Source of the DNA: a virus
Lineage: Duplodnaviria > Caudoviricetes
DNA length: 63,324 bases
IMG/VR virus record: IMGVR_UViG_3300020021_000007
Coordinates: 1-63,324 of that record
Strand: one strand, 5' to 3'
Shown here: one piece after another, positions 39,211 to 49,186 of the stretch
How positions within the stretch are numbered: the stretch's first letter is position 1
How the letters are laid out: the number at the start of each line of letters is the position of its first letter
Position numbers and translations under genes: made by a program
The notes under the pieces: generated by a model
Databases searched by the model: none
Seen by the model: only the letters and a program-made list of their open reading frames with translations
What the model was told of the DNA's origin: nothing

Positions 39211-39749
39211 TGGCACACAAAGATTTTAGGATGCCGTTGCAAGGAGGCCTGAAAGGCACCTTGCCACGCGCATTGGTACGCGGTGAGGAAGTCGGACTCG
39301 GTATTTCACGGCAGGTGTACGGACAGAAAGTGCTCGGTACTCCGGTCCGCGGTCTGACAGGTGCGATCGGTCCCAGCGGTGCGCAGCAACCTCCTGGCGC
39401 AGCTTGGTCGAATATTATATTTGGTTCGCCGTTGCAGACGCCCACCAATCCAGTACCACGATTGGTCTCTGGCACATACAATATTCAAGAATGTGTGGTG
39501 TTGACCGAAGGTGGTGTAGGCTCGTGTGTAATCAGTCTCTGGAAAGCAAATCTTTCCGCGCACTACCCGCCGAACGTCGGTGACGATATTACGGGCGGTC
39601 ATAACATCGCCATTGCAGGCGGCACGTTCCTACGCGATTCAACCCTTGCAGGTTGGACGCTGGGACTCGCGCAAGACGATGTACTTCTGTTCTCTTTGCA
39701 GTCTGTCGCGACATTCAGCTATATCGCAATACAGTTAAGGATCGGGTAA
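39210..39749 (+). CDS. Tail-associated protein
   Basis: Position, coupled start/stop. Confidence 0.6.
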   Translation: MAHKDFRMPLQGGLKGTLPRALVRGEEVGLGISRQVYGQKVLGTPVRGLTGAIGPSGAQQPPGAAWSNIIFGSPLQTPTNPVPRLVSGTYNIQECVVLTEGGVGSCVISLWKANLSAHYPPNVGDDITGGHNIAIAGGTFLRDSTLAGWTLGLAQDDVLLFSLQSVATFSYIAIQLRIG

Positions 39750-41018
39750 ATGACAACAGCTACACTGACAACTGCCATTGCGCAAACCAGCACCGCGACG
39801 TTCGATGCTTGGGTAAACGAAATGGATCAGCTCCTGGTGACCACATTAGGTCTTACCAGGTTGCCTGCTGCAATGGATACAGGCCAGATGGCGGTCCCGT
39901 CAGTGACTGCCGTTCCGGGTGCCGCGAACACGTCGTCCGGGTACTACATGTACACATTCAATGACGTGTTGGGTCAAGGCCCGCTCGTGACGGCGACCGC
40001 GTTGTTAGGCTTGACCGCCGGCACCGGATACAACGGCGGTTCTTCTGGTACGGTCGCAGGTGTTGCACTGTCAGGAGGCACCGGTACCGGCGCAGTTGCA
40101 ACGGTGGTGTTCGGAGCTGCGGGTGTTATCTCGTCTATTACACCGACGAACGGCGGCACCGGGTACAACATAGGCGACAAGTTGATCGTGACGAGCGCGA
40201 ACGTCGTTTCCGCGGGCGGTGCGGCAGGTGGCGGTTCTAGCGGCTTCGCACATGTGCATCGCTTGTCGGTTGCGGCATCACCGATCATATTCAAACTTGA
40301 ATTCGGTTCCGGTTCTCTTGCTACAAACCCCGCTATGTGGATTACGATGGGTACATCATGGGCAAGCAATGGTACGCTTGCCGCTGCCAGCAATGGTGCG
40401 GTGACAACCCGCCTTGCGATCGGTAGCCTTAGTGCCCCGAGTAGCACCAGCACTCCAGCCAATACATTGGCTTGTTACAACACGACCTATGGATTCTTGG
40501 GAGTAGTACATAAGCTTGGTGTGAATACAGGCGTTAACAACGTACCGCTTTCATCGTTCTTTATTGCACGTAGTTCAGGTAGTTCAGGTACGCCGATATC
40601 CAACGGTGCTTGCCTATGGACAGGCAGTAACGCAACGACGTCTGCCGGAACAGGAAATCTTCTGTCACCGCAGCAATGTATCTCTTATACCAACAATATC
40701 ATATTTCCGACGTTCAATTCGACGTCAAGCAATTCGTGGAGTGGTGCGCCAGGTGCGAACGCATCAGCGGTTCCTTACAACCTGACAAGTACGTTGGCAA
40801 ACGGACTTGTCAACTTGTTCCCCATCTTCGTGCCTGATCCGAACTTCCGGTATGCAGCTTGCATGGGTTCATGTTTCCCAGCCGATATCCCGTTTATGAC
40901 AACGTTCACAACTTCGATCATTGGCGCAACCACGCTGACGTTCATCAATTGCGGTCTCGGGTTCCCGGGTGGTGTGCTAAATGCTGCGGGTCTGAATCTC
41001 TGTATGTTGTGGCAATAA
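39750..41018 (+). CDS. Putative tail fibre / receptor-binding protein
   Basis: Gly/Thr/Ser-rich, repeated GTGYN; last large tail gene. Confidence 0.6.
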   Translation: MTTATLTTAIAQTSTATFDAWVNEMDQLLVTTLGLTRLPAAMDTGQMAVPSVTAVPGAANTSSGYYMYTFNDVLGQGPLVTATALLGLTAGTGYNGGSSGTVAGVALSGGTGTGAVATVVFGAAGVISSITPTNGGTGYNIGDKLIVTSANVVSAGGAAGGGSSGFAHVHRLSVAASPIIFKLEFGSGSLATNPAMWITMGTSWASNGTLAAASNGAVTTRLAIGSLSAPSSTSTPANTLACYNTTYGFLGVVHKLGVNTGVNNVPLSSFFIARSSGSSGTPISNGACLWTGSNATTSAGTGNLLSPQQCISYTNNIIFPTFNSTSSNSWSGAPGANASAVPYNLTSTLANGLVNLFPIFVPDPNFRYAACMGSCFPADIPFMTTFTTSIIGATTLTFINCGLGFPGGVLNAAGLNLCMLWQ

Positions 41019-41019
41019 C

Positions 41020-41184
41020 ATGTCAACTCCAGTTATCGTTGCAGGTATACCCCAACCTTTGCCTCAGGTTGTTACTAACCATTTCGGTCTAGTGATTTTA
41101 CGGTTGGACCCATCACGCGCAGCGGTCCCGGTTGCGCCGCTGCCCTTCGTTGGTGGGTCTGGTACCGTCGGGGTCCCGATTTAA
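41020..41184 (+). CDS. Small Pro/Val-rich protein (54 aa)
   Basis: ATG 1 nt after previous stop; ends before terminator. Confidence 0.5.
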   Translation: MSTPVIVAGIPQPLPQVVTNHFGLVILRLDPSRAAVPVAPLPFVGGSGTVGVPI

Positions 41185-41188
41185 AGTC

Positions 41189-41227
41189 AAAAAAGAAAGC
41201 TCGCGCCGCTTTCACGACGCGAGCTTC
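41189..41227. terminator. Terminator at convergence of the two transcription arms
   Basis: AAGCTCGCG...CGCGAGCTT stem with A-run on left (T-run on - strand). Confidence 0.7.
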
Positions 41228-41236
41228 ACGCACTGA

Positions 41237-41557
41237 TTACGCAACAGCCGTGCCTACATGTGCTTGCCTCCAGCGGTAGAACTGGATGCGGCTCGTATTG
41301 TCGTTCCAATGCTTGCGCGCCGCTATCTTGCGCACCGTCGCGATGTCCGGTTCTTTACCCGCTGCGGTCAGCTTGTCGAGTTCCGTCCAAATCGCGCGGC
41401 ACTTACCTTCGTTGATCGGACCTGGTGTGGTCACCGGTACCTTGCGCGTCTGCATCTGCACAACCCGAAGTGCTCCCTCAACGGCCTTGGGAACTTCAGC
41501 TGCCAGTTGCTTCAAAACCAGTTCGCTGATTGCCTTCGTCATATTTACTGCTTTCAC
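41237..41557 (-). CDS. Putative DNA-binding protein, paralog family member 1
   Basis: AAGGAGG SD, GTG start; GKCRAIW..LD...RIQFYRWRQ. Confidence 0.7.
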   Translation of the reverse strand: MKAVNMTKAISELVLKQLAAEVPKAVEGALRVVQMQTRKVPVTTPGPINEGKCRAIWTELDKLTAAGKEPDIATVRKIAARKHWNDNTSRIQFYRWRQAHVGTAVA

Positions 41558-41594
41558 TGTAACCTCCTTAACGGTCGATATTGACCGTGGAAGC

Positions 41595-41640
41595 ATAATA
41601 CTCGAAGGAATTACCTTCTTCTGTACGGTAACGCACGAAG
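41595..41640 (-). promoter_or_regulatory. Degenerate CRP-like box promoter
   Basis: CGTGC-GTTACC-GTACA on - strand centred about -41.5; -10 TATTAT. Confidence 0.5.
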
Positions 41641-41778
41641 TAGACGTAAGTTTTTGGGTCGAGTATTTGTAGGGAAAAGCTTACAAGCGCTGCGTTGCAC
41701 ACCCTACCCGCTGCAACACCATGAGTTTAATAATCAAACAGCACCACGGCACCCTGCCTGCTGTTTAAACCGTAATCA

Positions 41779-42414
41779 TTACGCTTGCCACAGGTGCGCT
41801 AATCGCTCTCTGGTAGCTTTGCGAGAATCATTACCTAAACATCCACAGCTAAGGCTTAATCGATGGGTTAAACTAGACTCTGCAATCGCCCGGATGGTTC
41901 CGCATTCGCACTTGCATAACCAGCGTTTGCCTTTAGCTGGTCTAGTCCTTGTTCCTTTTAACGCTGCGACGAAAGAAAGTACGGTCCATCGTCCGACTAT
42001 CAAACCTGAATAAGCTTTCGTTGTAACGTACCTGCGAGGAACTGGTTCTAAATTTGCGCCCGCGGCTTTCCAGTCTCTCAGCCATTGTGGTTCATCATAT
42101 ATTTTCTTTTCTTTGATAATCGTTTGTAATTTCTGAACCGGTTTAGGTGCTTCAACAATTTCAATTGTTTCAGGTATTCTATCAAAGATTCCTAATTTAT
42201 ACCATACAAATGCAATGCGTTGTTCTAATGTTAGAAGCTGATTCCCTATACCGCAATTCAAAATATTGCAATTACATCGCTTGCAAGCTGGATACGTCTT
42301 AGTATTAAAAGGAGCAGCGCATTTCGGGGGCACATGGTCACGAGTATCAGCGGGCTGTCCGCAATATACGCATCGTCGCATATGCAACCGCTTTAATTGA
42401 TCAAGGCTTCTCAT
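41779..42414 (-). CDS. HNH homing endonuclease
   Basis: CVYCG..TRDHVPP..ACKRCN; C-terminal CKCECG..SCGC; AT-rich. Confidence 0.8.
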   Translation of the reverse strand: MRSLDQLKRLHMRRCVYCGQPADTRDHVPPKCAAPFNTKTYPACKRCNCNILNCGIGNQLLTLEQRIAFVWYKLGIFDRIPETIEIVEAPKPVQKLQTIIKEKKIYDEPQWLRDWKAAGANLEPVPRRYVTTKAYSGLIVGRWTVLSFVAALKGTRTRPAKGKRWLCKCECGTIRAIAESSLTHRLSLSCGCLGNDSRKATRERLAHLWQA

Positions 42415-44434
42415 CGGTTTCCTTCGCTAAGTAACCGATGTCGCGGAGGATGCTTTCCGTTTCGCTGATGTACCAAGTATGATCAACATCGCTGGGGAAC
42501 TCCAGGGGTAGTTGCATCACAGGTTTAGCACCGTCGCTGCGCGGTACCTTGTTCCCGCTAGACGCATAAATGATCTCACCAGTTTGATCGGTTGCATAGT
42601 ACCAGCGGATAGAATTGCCGAGGTATTGATCGTCTTTGACCGCGCCGCCTTTCACCTTGCGCACGCAAATAAACTTCCTGATGTCTTTGCAGGCTTGCAC
42701 GGTTTCGGCAATGGGGACGTTCTTGGTCAGCAGCGCTTCCACCGCGTCGATGCATATAGTATTCGTCGGATTCTTGTGCAGGCGCATTGCGGACGCGCTT
42801 GGGTCGTTCCAGGGGTTGGCATACGCACCCTTGTTCTTCGTGCCGACCTTACCCTTCTTGTCAGGTTTCTTCACAGCGATGTAGTTGTTGACGTCACGCC
42901 CATAGTACGCGCTGTACTCCGTTTCCTCGGTTTGGAAACCAGTATCAACCTCCCATTGCTTGACTAAGGTTTCCAACTCCGCGCGGCGCACCTTCGGGCA
43001 CTTCATGACCACACCGTCTGTGTTCGCGCTGACAACCATAAACCCAGCGAGCTCCAGGCGTTCAATAAGCATCAGCAGCGATAGCTGACCGGTAATGGTG
43101 ACCTGTATAAGCAGGTCAGGCGCATAGAAGATCGACCATTTGCTTCCCAGCTTGCCGAACGAACCGTTGACAACAATCTTTAAGCTGTTCGCGACCGCTT
43201 TCAGTCCGTCCACCTTCGCTTTGATGCGACGATCGACAATGCCTCCGTACACCTTCAAGAAGTTCGTTCCCAAATGCTTCGGGTACAGCCCGCAACGCAA
43301 GATGATAGCAGGGTAGTAACTTGTCACGTCACGGTCGTAGATTTGCACGTCATCGCTGGCAACGTGAACCGCAGTTGTTTCGGAGCTGTGCAACCCACCA
43401 ATCCCCATGCGGTAGATATTGTTCGCAATTTGCAGCTTCAACGCACCAACCTGCGGCGGCATTTCGACAGACCCATGTTCAGCAACAATGAACTTCGCGC
43501 TTGCGATGACACCGGTTGCCCAAATCATCAACGGAGTTGTGAACTTGATGAAACTGGGAACCTGGTACTGGTAGCAGGTACCAGGGTCGATTTGCGGACG
43601 CTCGGGGCGGCGCTTGTTCAACCGCTCGAGCTCGTGCGCGATAACCGCTTCTGCGATTTGTGCGTCGGACTTGCTGCGTAGGTCAACCCCGTATTGCTGG
43701 GTCATTTCCTCGCGCAGTTGGATTTCTTCTTTCAATGACTCGTGCAAGAACGCAGTCTGCGTCAAATCGTTTACGCAGTACCACCGCACGATAGCGCGCT
43801 GTTCGAAGTTCAAGCGTTCGCCGTGGTGGAAGGGGAGGTCTTGCATACGCGGGGTATGCAACCGACCGCCGTAGATTTTCAACGAAGCAGACAGCGGCGC
43901 CACTTCGATCAAATCAATGTGGTCAATCTCTTTGAGGTTCTTCACTTTGTACGAACGAAGGACGTCGCTGTACCGCAGTTCCTCGATAATGATTTTGTCC
44001 GACGCGGTTTTGATTTGGTCGCAGGACTTGCCAGCGAGCGCCATGCTGATTAATGGTACGTCGTAATTGTGGGAGTTGAATCCAACGACTGTGAAATTTG
44101 TCATTATCCAACCAAGTCGGTTGATGTTGAGCTCGGGTTCGTCCTCGCTCATTTCAACGTAGGCTACCGCACCGGTCTGCAGGCTTGTGAAGGCACATAG
44201 GAAGTAGTTGCGGTACACTTCAATGTCGAAGATCATGCGCTCGCGGCGCGCACGCGCGTTTAGCAGTGCATCGTCGTCCATGATGGGTACTTGGAACGCA
44301 AGCGCGTCTTGTAACCCGGGCAGGTAGCCAGGCTCGCGCCAGAACTGTTTTGGAGGCGTGCGCTTTATCTTTTCTTTGAGGACTTTAATCACTGGCTCAT
44401 CGCGCCAGAAAAATCCTAAAGCATCTGGGCGCAT
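42401..44434 (-). CDS. Family B DNA polymerase
   Basis: FDIEVY exonuclease, DVTSYYP, KIVVNGSFGK, SANTDG. Confidence 0.9.
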   Translation of the reverse strand: MRPDALGFFWRDEPVIKVLKEKIKRTPPKQFWREPGYLPGLQDALAFQVPIMDDDALLNARARRERMIFDIEVYRNYFLCAFTSLQTGAVAYVEMSEDEPELNINRLGWIMTNFTVVGFNSHNYDVPLISMALAGKSCDQIKTASDKIIIEELRYSDVLRSYKVKNLKEIDHIDLIEVAPLSASLKIYGGRLHTPRMQDLPFHHGERLNFEQRAIVRWYCVNDLTQTAFLHESLKEEIQLREEMTQQYGVDLRSKSDAQIAEAVIAHELERLNKRRPERPQIDPGTCYQYQVPSFIKFTTPLMIWATGVIASAKFIVAEHGSVEMPPQVGALKLQIANNIYRMGIGGLHSSETTAVHVASDDVQIYDRDVTSYYPAIILRCGLYPKHLGTNFLKVYGGIVDRRIKAKVDGLKAVANSLKIVVNGSFGKLGSKWSIFYAPDLLIQVTITGQLSLLMLIERLELAGFMVVSANTDGVVMKCPKVRRAELETLVKQWEVDTGFQTEETEYSAYYGRDVNNYIAVKKPDKKGKVGTKNKGAYANPWNDPSASAMRLHKNPTNTICIDAVEALLTKNVPIAETVQACKDIRKFICVRKVKGGAVKDDQYLGNSIRWYYATDQTGEIIYASSGNKVPRSDGAKPVMQLPLEFPSDVDHTWYISETESILRDIGYLAKETDEKP

Positions 44435-45394
44435 TTACGTCCTCATGCCTATGATCGCTCCGCGTAACCTTGGACCAAAAAACAGGCAAGGCTTAGGGTA
44501 AGTCGTGAAGTCCACCTTCTCCGCGATACCTTCAAGCAAGCGAAGCATCGGAATGGCGTACACACCCTCGCATTGTAGCCCGGGCACCGCGTACTGCGCG
44601 CCTTCACCATCGTCGGGTACTGTGCTGAGCACACCGTCTTTGATAAACACCCGATTCATTGCGTCCGAGCGCTTAGCGATTTTGTCCAACCCTTCAAACA
44701 AGCGCGGGTCGATAGGTGCCGGGTTGCATTCGTCGTCAAGGATGCGCGAAAGGTCGGGCCATTCGGTTGCAAAGAGCTGTGAACGAATCCACCGGTCACC
44801 AGGGTAGTGGAACGTGATGCTGTTGCTGCCGAGCTGGGCGTGCGTCGGTGCTTCGCCTATGCGTAGCATTTCCTTGATCGCAGCGTGCGGCACATTGACC
44901 GTACTGGGGAAGTCAGCCCCGATCCAGTATTCGACAAGCGTCACGTTATTGGTCGCGAACGCGCTTTGCCCGCGGAGCAGCACACCATTTGACCACGGTC
45001 TTGAAGCGTCTTCACCTACGAACGGTTCAATTACCTTCAATGCGTCAAGCAGCTCTGTCCCGGCAAACTCCATGCGTTCGCCTTCCGGAAGCACATGCAC
45101 CGTTTCTTCGGTCACGCACTTCACGAACGCTTTGTAGCTGCCGCTGACAATGCGCAAGCGACCGGTGTCGGTCATACTGAGCACGATGGTTTCGTCGCAA
45201 TGCGTGACAGCGTTGATGAGCTCGTCCGCTTTGGGTTTGCAGTCAATGTCGAACGCGATAGGGCTGCACAGTGCAATGACTCCGTTGTACCCGCGCACCA
45301 TGCCCTTCTCGATTACGAAGTGGGTCAGCGCCGGCAAGAAGTCCTTCTTCGCGATACTGCCCTTCACAAATTTAAGCGAGTCGATAATCTCCAT
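44435..45394 (-). CDS. DNA polymerase beta-clamp-like protein
   Basis: KKDFLPALTHF, SRPWSNGVL, ATN; next to polymerase. Confidence 0.75.
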   Translation of the reverse strand: MEIIDSLKFVKGSIAKKDFLPALTHFVIEKGMVRGYNGVIALCSPIAFDIDCKPKADELINAVTHCDETIVLSMTDTGRLRIVSGSYKAFVKCVTEETVHVLPEGERMEFAGTELLDALKVIEPFVGEDASRPWSNGVLLRGQSAFATNNVTLVEYWIGADFPSTVNVPHAAIKEMLRIGEAPTHAQLGSNSITFHYPGDRWIRSQLFATEWPDLSRILDDECNPAPIDPRLFEGLDKIAKRSDAMNRVFIKDGVLSTVPDDGEGAQYAVPGLQCEGVYAIPMLRLLEGIAEKVDFTTYPKPCLFFGPRLRGAIIGMRT

Positions 45395-46353
45395 TAGTAA
45401 AGCTCCTGGACGCGCGCCTTGAATGTATTGTCGTGCGCTGCGTTGACCATAGTGTTGATGACACCGAACGCCCAAAGGTTGTAAGCTGCACGTGATTCGT
45501 AAATTGTTGACAATCTCTCGAACGTGAACCCTTGCTGTTCTAATTTTTTGAACAAATGGTCTTGCTCAAGCTGTGTCAGTGTGGTTATATGCCTCCCTGT
45601 TTCATGCCTGCTAGGACTTTTTTCTGACACGCTTAAAGGTTCCGCCCGGATATGGGGTAGTTTATCTTCGCGATAGTTGGGCATGACGATGTTGCCGAAC
45701 GCTGCGGACTGAATCCACGACGAGGAGTCGCAACTATACCACGGAAACATTTCCATGAGCTCGACGGAAGTCATACCGAATGCATGTACTTTGACAAGCG
45801 GTGTGCCATGTGGCGCAAGGTAACGCTCCCAAATACGGTTGAGCCACGTCTTCAATTGCTCAACGCTTGTTCCTACCATGCCTCCTAAAGTAATGTATTC
45901 ATATCCGTCTTCAAGGTACTGCTTCAACCATCGTTCATCGTCACCCTTGTGGAAGCATGGTAGCGGGCGCACACCAAGGTATTCCATGTGCTTTTGCTTG
46001 ACGTAAGTGCCTTTGCCAACTTCTATGTCGCCAATATGGTCAAGCACAGAGGCCATGAATGCGCCGTCTTCAATACGAATAATATCTGCATTGCGCTTCA
46101 GGTAGTCGCAATACTCTTCGATATTCAGTTCCGCACCCAACGTCCACGCAGAGAACGCGCCGCTGTCCATGAACACCTTAGCGTTCTCGCGTCGCATGTC
46201 GTCAACCCATTTCTGTTTATTGACGTAGTGAAACGATTCGAGGATATTTGGGATGGCGTTGACAAGCCCCTGTTCATGTTCGTTTAGCTTCACATAGCGG
46301 TTCTGCCCGCGCATGTAGCTGTTGCCGAACACAGCGGCGCAATACAGGTGCAT
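45394..46353 (-). CDS. dpdA: DNA 7-deazaguanine transglycosylase (TGT-like)
   Basis: FMDSGAFS, PCFH, VHAFG, PWYSCDSSSW; adjacent to folE/que genes. Confidence 0.85.
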   Translation of the reverse strand: MHLYCAAVFGNSYMRGQNRYVKLNEHEQGLVNAIPNILESFHYVNKQKWVDDMRRENAKVFMDSGAFSAWTLGAELNIEEYCDYLKRNADIIRIEDGAFMASVLDHIGDIEVGKGTYVKQKHMEYLGVRPLPCFHKGDDERWLKQYLEDGYEYITLGGMVGTSVEQLKTWLNRIWERYLAPHGTPLVKVHAFGMTSVELMEMFPWYSCDSSSWIQSAAFGNIVMPNYREDKLPHIRAEPLSVSEKSPSRHETGRHITTLTQLEQDHLFKKLEQQGFTFERLSTIYESRAAYNLWAFGVINTMVNAAHDNTFKARVQELY

Positions 46354-46355
46354 AG

Positions 46356-47261
46356 TTATTTCTTGAGGCTCAGGAACTCCGCGCGAGTGCTGTCCTGCTC
46401 GAGCATTGCACCGCGCAGCGCTACCGTTTGAGTGTGGTGACCCTGTTGGCACACGCCCCGGGACTCCATGCACATGTGCCGCGCTTTGATGATTACACCC
46501 ACACCCTTCGGCTTGAGCGCGTCTTGCAACGCGTCCGCGATCTGGTTGGTGAGGCGCTCCTGCACCTGCAACCGCCGCGCGAAGATATCAACCAAGCGGC
46601 TGAGCTTGCTGAGCCCAACGATTTTGCCGTCAGGTATGTAGGCAATAGTTGCGGTGCCGAAGATCGCTGCCATGTGATGCTCGCAATGCGAGTACACCGG
46701 AATATCAAGCACCGCGATCATCTGGTTATAACCCTCTGCACCGTCTTCGAAGGTCTTGAGTACGTCGGCCGGTTTCTTGCCGTACCCGCTGCACCAGTGC
46801 TGCCAGGCTTTGACCACACGTCCCGGTGTCTCCTCGAGCCCGCCGCGCTTGACGTCCTCGCCTACCACCTGGAGCAAGCGGATAATGTTGTCTTCTGCTG
46901 AAGCTTCAATATCATCACCTTCCCAGGGGAACACGACGTATTGCCCGCGGAACGCTGAACCCTCTTCTTTGTGGATCATGGTGAAGAATGGTCGGCCCGG
47001 GTAGAGGCGCTTAAAGCGTTCCATGGTTGCACCGCTGTCAAGGATATCGTCGATGAAAATGTCCGCTTCGCCTGGGTGCTGCGTCAGCGAGAGGTGCGGC
47101 ATGAATTCCTTCAGCGCGTATGCAACCGGCACACCGCCGCGCGGTACCGGGTGCGCGACCAGGTGCTCGCGGCCGCATTCCTCTAAAATTGTCACAGCCA
47201 TTTGTTGGCACAGTGATGCGATCTGCAGATGGTTCAATTTCATTTCACGTCCTGTCGACAT
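46356..47261 (-). CDS. folE: Phosphoribosyltransferase - GTP cyclohydrolase I fusion
   Basis: N-term VPRGG, IDDILDSGAT, VVFPWE; C-term ETPGRV, SHCEHH, GLSKL, QVQERLT, HMCM..RG. Confidence 0.9.
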   Translation of the reverse strand: MSTGREMKLNHLQIASLCQQMAVTILEECGREHLVAHPVPRGGVPVAYALKEFMPHLSLTQHPGEADIFIDDILDSGATMERFKRLYPGRPFFTMIHKEEGSAFRGQYVVFPWEGDDIEASAEDNIIRLLQVVGEDVKRGGLEETPGRVVKAWQHWCSGYGKKPADVLKTFEDGAEGYNQMIAVLDIPVYSHCEHHMAAIFGTATIAYIPDGKIVGLSKLSRLVDIFARRLQVQERLTNQIADALQDALKPKGVGVIIKARHMCMESRGVCQQGHHTQTVALRGAMLEQDSTRAEFLSLKK

Positions 47262-47727
47262 AGGGAGGAATATAGATCGCTGAGTTCGCGCCGTGCTCTT
47301 TCACTTCGCAGCTGACCACACTGACGCGCGGGTGCCAACCGTGCAACCGTACTTGAGCATCCGCAAGATGCCAACCCAACTTCGCGAATGCTTCACAACC
47401 AACTTTCGGCACCACCACCACTTCAGCGATCTTGCATACCTTGTCCAACCCTTCAAGTGTCAGCAGGTATGGGTCGTCCGCTGCCACGAGCAGTTTGTGA
47501 TCGAAGTACCGCTCAATTTCGGTCTTCAGTGGTTTGAGCCCACCGAAGTCAACAACCCAGTTGCGGTGATCCAACTCACCAGCTTCAAAGATGAACGTGA
47601 ACGCAAGCGCGTATCCGTGGAGCAGCCTGCAATGTGAGTCAGCTTTGTGCTGGCGAAAGCAGGCGCTCAGGCCAACTTCATGACCATAGGTCTTAGTAGA
47701 ACGAAACACCTCAACGGTACCGATCAT
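47245..47727 (-). CDS. queD: 6-carboxytetrahydropterin synthase
   Basis: HCRLLHGY, VVDFGGLK, FDH. Confidence 0.9.
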   Translation of the reverse strand: MIGTVEVFRSTKTYGHEVGLSACFRQHKADSHCRLLHGYALAFTFIFEAGELDHRNWVVDFGGLKPLKTEIERYFDHKLLVAADDPYLLTLEGLDKVCKIAEVVVVPKVGCEAFAKLGWHLADAQVRLHGWHPRVSVVSCEVKEHGANSAIYIPPYVDRT

Positions 47728-48457
47728 AGTTCGCCGTAAGTGGCAAAGGCATCAAGCCTTCATTGTTCGCGCGCAACACCAGCGGATCCGGTAGCATTGC
47801 GTCTTCAAACCCCTTCGCACGCAATACGTTCGAATGGTTCATGTCGGTGGGCGGGTACTTGCCGTCATAGCTGGTGTGCGTGTACGCGACCGCAGCCCAA
47901 GACTTCGGCCCCAGGTCCAGGGCCATTTGGCACGTCAGTGCTTTGCTGAAGTGCATCAGCGGTGTCATGATTTCAACATGGTGCGCGCCGAGCGACTCAT
48001 TGATCGCAACTTCCATCGCCATGATATAGCGCTCGCGGCAGTCCGGGTAGTTCGCATTGTCCTCCTGGCATACACCGGTGACAATCTTCTCGCAGCCCAG
48101 CGCCAGCGCGCGGTTCGCTGCAATGGTCAAGAACAAGGTGTTGCGCATCGGTACGAACGTGAGCTCGACCCGGTTGCCAATGACCTGTTCCATTTGCTCA
48201 GCGTCACGATACTTTTCCAGTGAGCTACCGCTGGTCAGCGGAGAGGTGGACTTCAAGCAGCCCGGGACGTCAATGACTTCGTGCGAGTCAACACCCGCCA
48301 TTTCCGCAACCTTGCGTGCTGCTTCAATCTCGAGCGCGTGCCGCTGCCCGTAGTTGAAAGTGATTGCGTGTAGCTCCGTGCAATCGACGCGCGCCTTCGC
48401 CCAAAACAAGCAAGCGGTTGAATCTTGTCCACCCGATAGAACAACTAAATACTTCAT
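47711..48457 (-). CDS. queC: 7-cyano-7-deazaguanine synthase
   Basis: LSGGQDST, YGQRH, TFVPMRN, YPDCR. Confidence 0.92.
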   Translation of the reverse strand: MKYLVVLSGGQDSTACLFWAKARVDCTELHAITFNYGQRHALEIEAARKVAEMAGVDSHEVIDVPGCLKSTSPLTSGSSLEKYRDAEQMEQVIGNRVELTFVPMRNTLFLTIAANRALALGCEKIVTGVCQEDNANYPDCRERYIMAMEVAINESLGAHHVEIMTPLMHFSKALTCQMALDLGPKSWAAVAYTHTSYDGKYPPTDMNHSNVLRAKGFEDAMLPDPLVLRANNEGLMPLPLTANYDRYR

Positions 48458-48459
48458 GA

Positions 48460-49173
48460 TTACTCCATGCCCAACAGTTTGTGAACTTGAAGTTGCAGGA
48501 CGTACCCGTACCTCAAGCATGAGGCGACACATACCGCGCGATTCAGCGAGTTGATCGCTTCATCCTGCGAGTCCATGGGTTGCAAATAAATCGGTCCCCG
48601 GTAGCCCTTGGGTGGGCGCGCGACACGCGGGTGTGCAGTGTGGTTAAGCGCGAGCACCGGCAGACCGTCGTCCTGGTCAACGCTGTCAGCTGCCATCACG
48701 TATTTGAACGCGCAAGCTGCGGAGGCAATGGTTGGATGCACGCGCCCAGCCTTCGGGCTACATACGATGTACACACCATATCGAAGGTCCGGACGTTGCG
48801 TAAAGAATGAATTGTCAGTTGATAACGTGCCGTTGGTTTCAATCTGCACGTAGAACCCATCATGTACAAGCGCGCGAATCAACGGCGCGATGCTTTGGCG
48901 AAACGGTTCACCGCCTGTGATGACCACAAGTCCAGGGTCGCAGGTCGTGCGTTCCATTTGCACCTGGTACACGATTTCAGCGACGGTCATGTGCCGCCGC
49001 TTGCTGGTATAGTCGGTGTCGCAGCCCGGGCATTGCAGGTTGCAGCCCGCTAAGCGGACGAACACTGCCGGGGTACCGCAGAACGGTCCCTCACCTTGAA
49101 GGGTTGCGAAGATTGATTGGACATCAAGAACGGTTTCTAAGACTCGTTTTTCTGGGGACTGCTGATTCAGCAT
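48460..49173 (-). CDS. queE: 7-carboxy-7-deazaguanine synthase (radical SAM)
   Basis: TLQGEG, GCNLQCPGCDT, TGGEP, ETNG, SPK, LQVHK. Confidence 0.93.
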   Translation of the reverse strand: MLNQQSPEKRVLETVLDVQSIFATLQGEGPFCGTPAVFVRLAGCNLQCPGCDTDYTSKRRHMTVAEIVYQVQMERTTCDPGLVVITGGEPFRQSIAPLIRALVHDGFYVQIETNGTLSTDNSFFTQRPDLRYGVYIVCSPKAGRVHPTIASAACAFKYVMAADSVDQDDGLPVLALNHTAHPRVARPPKGYRGPIYLQPMDSQDEAINSLNRAVCVASCLRYGYVLQLQVHKLLGME

Positions 49174-49186
49174 TATCACTCCGTCG

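Noticed and set aside
48478-48495. Additional TGTGAAC motif copy
   Set aside because: Inside the queE coding sequence in antisense orientation with no matching -10
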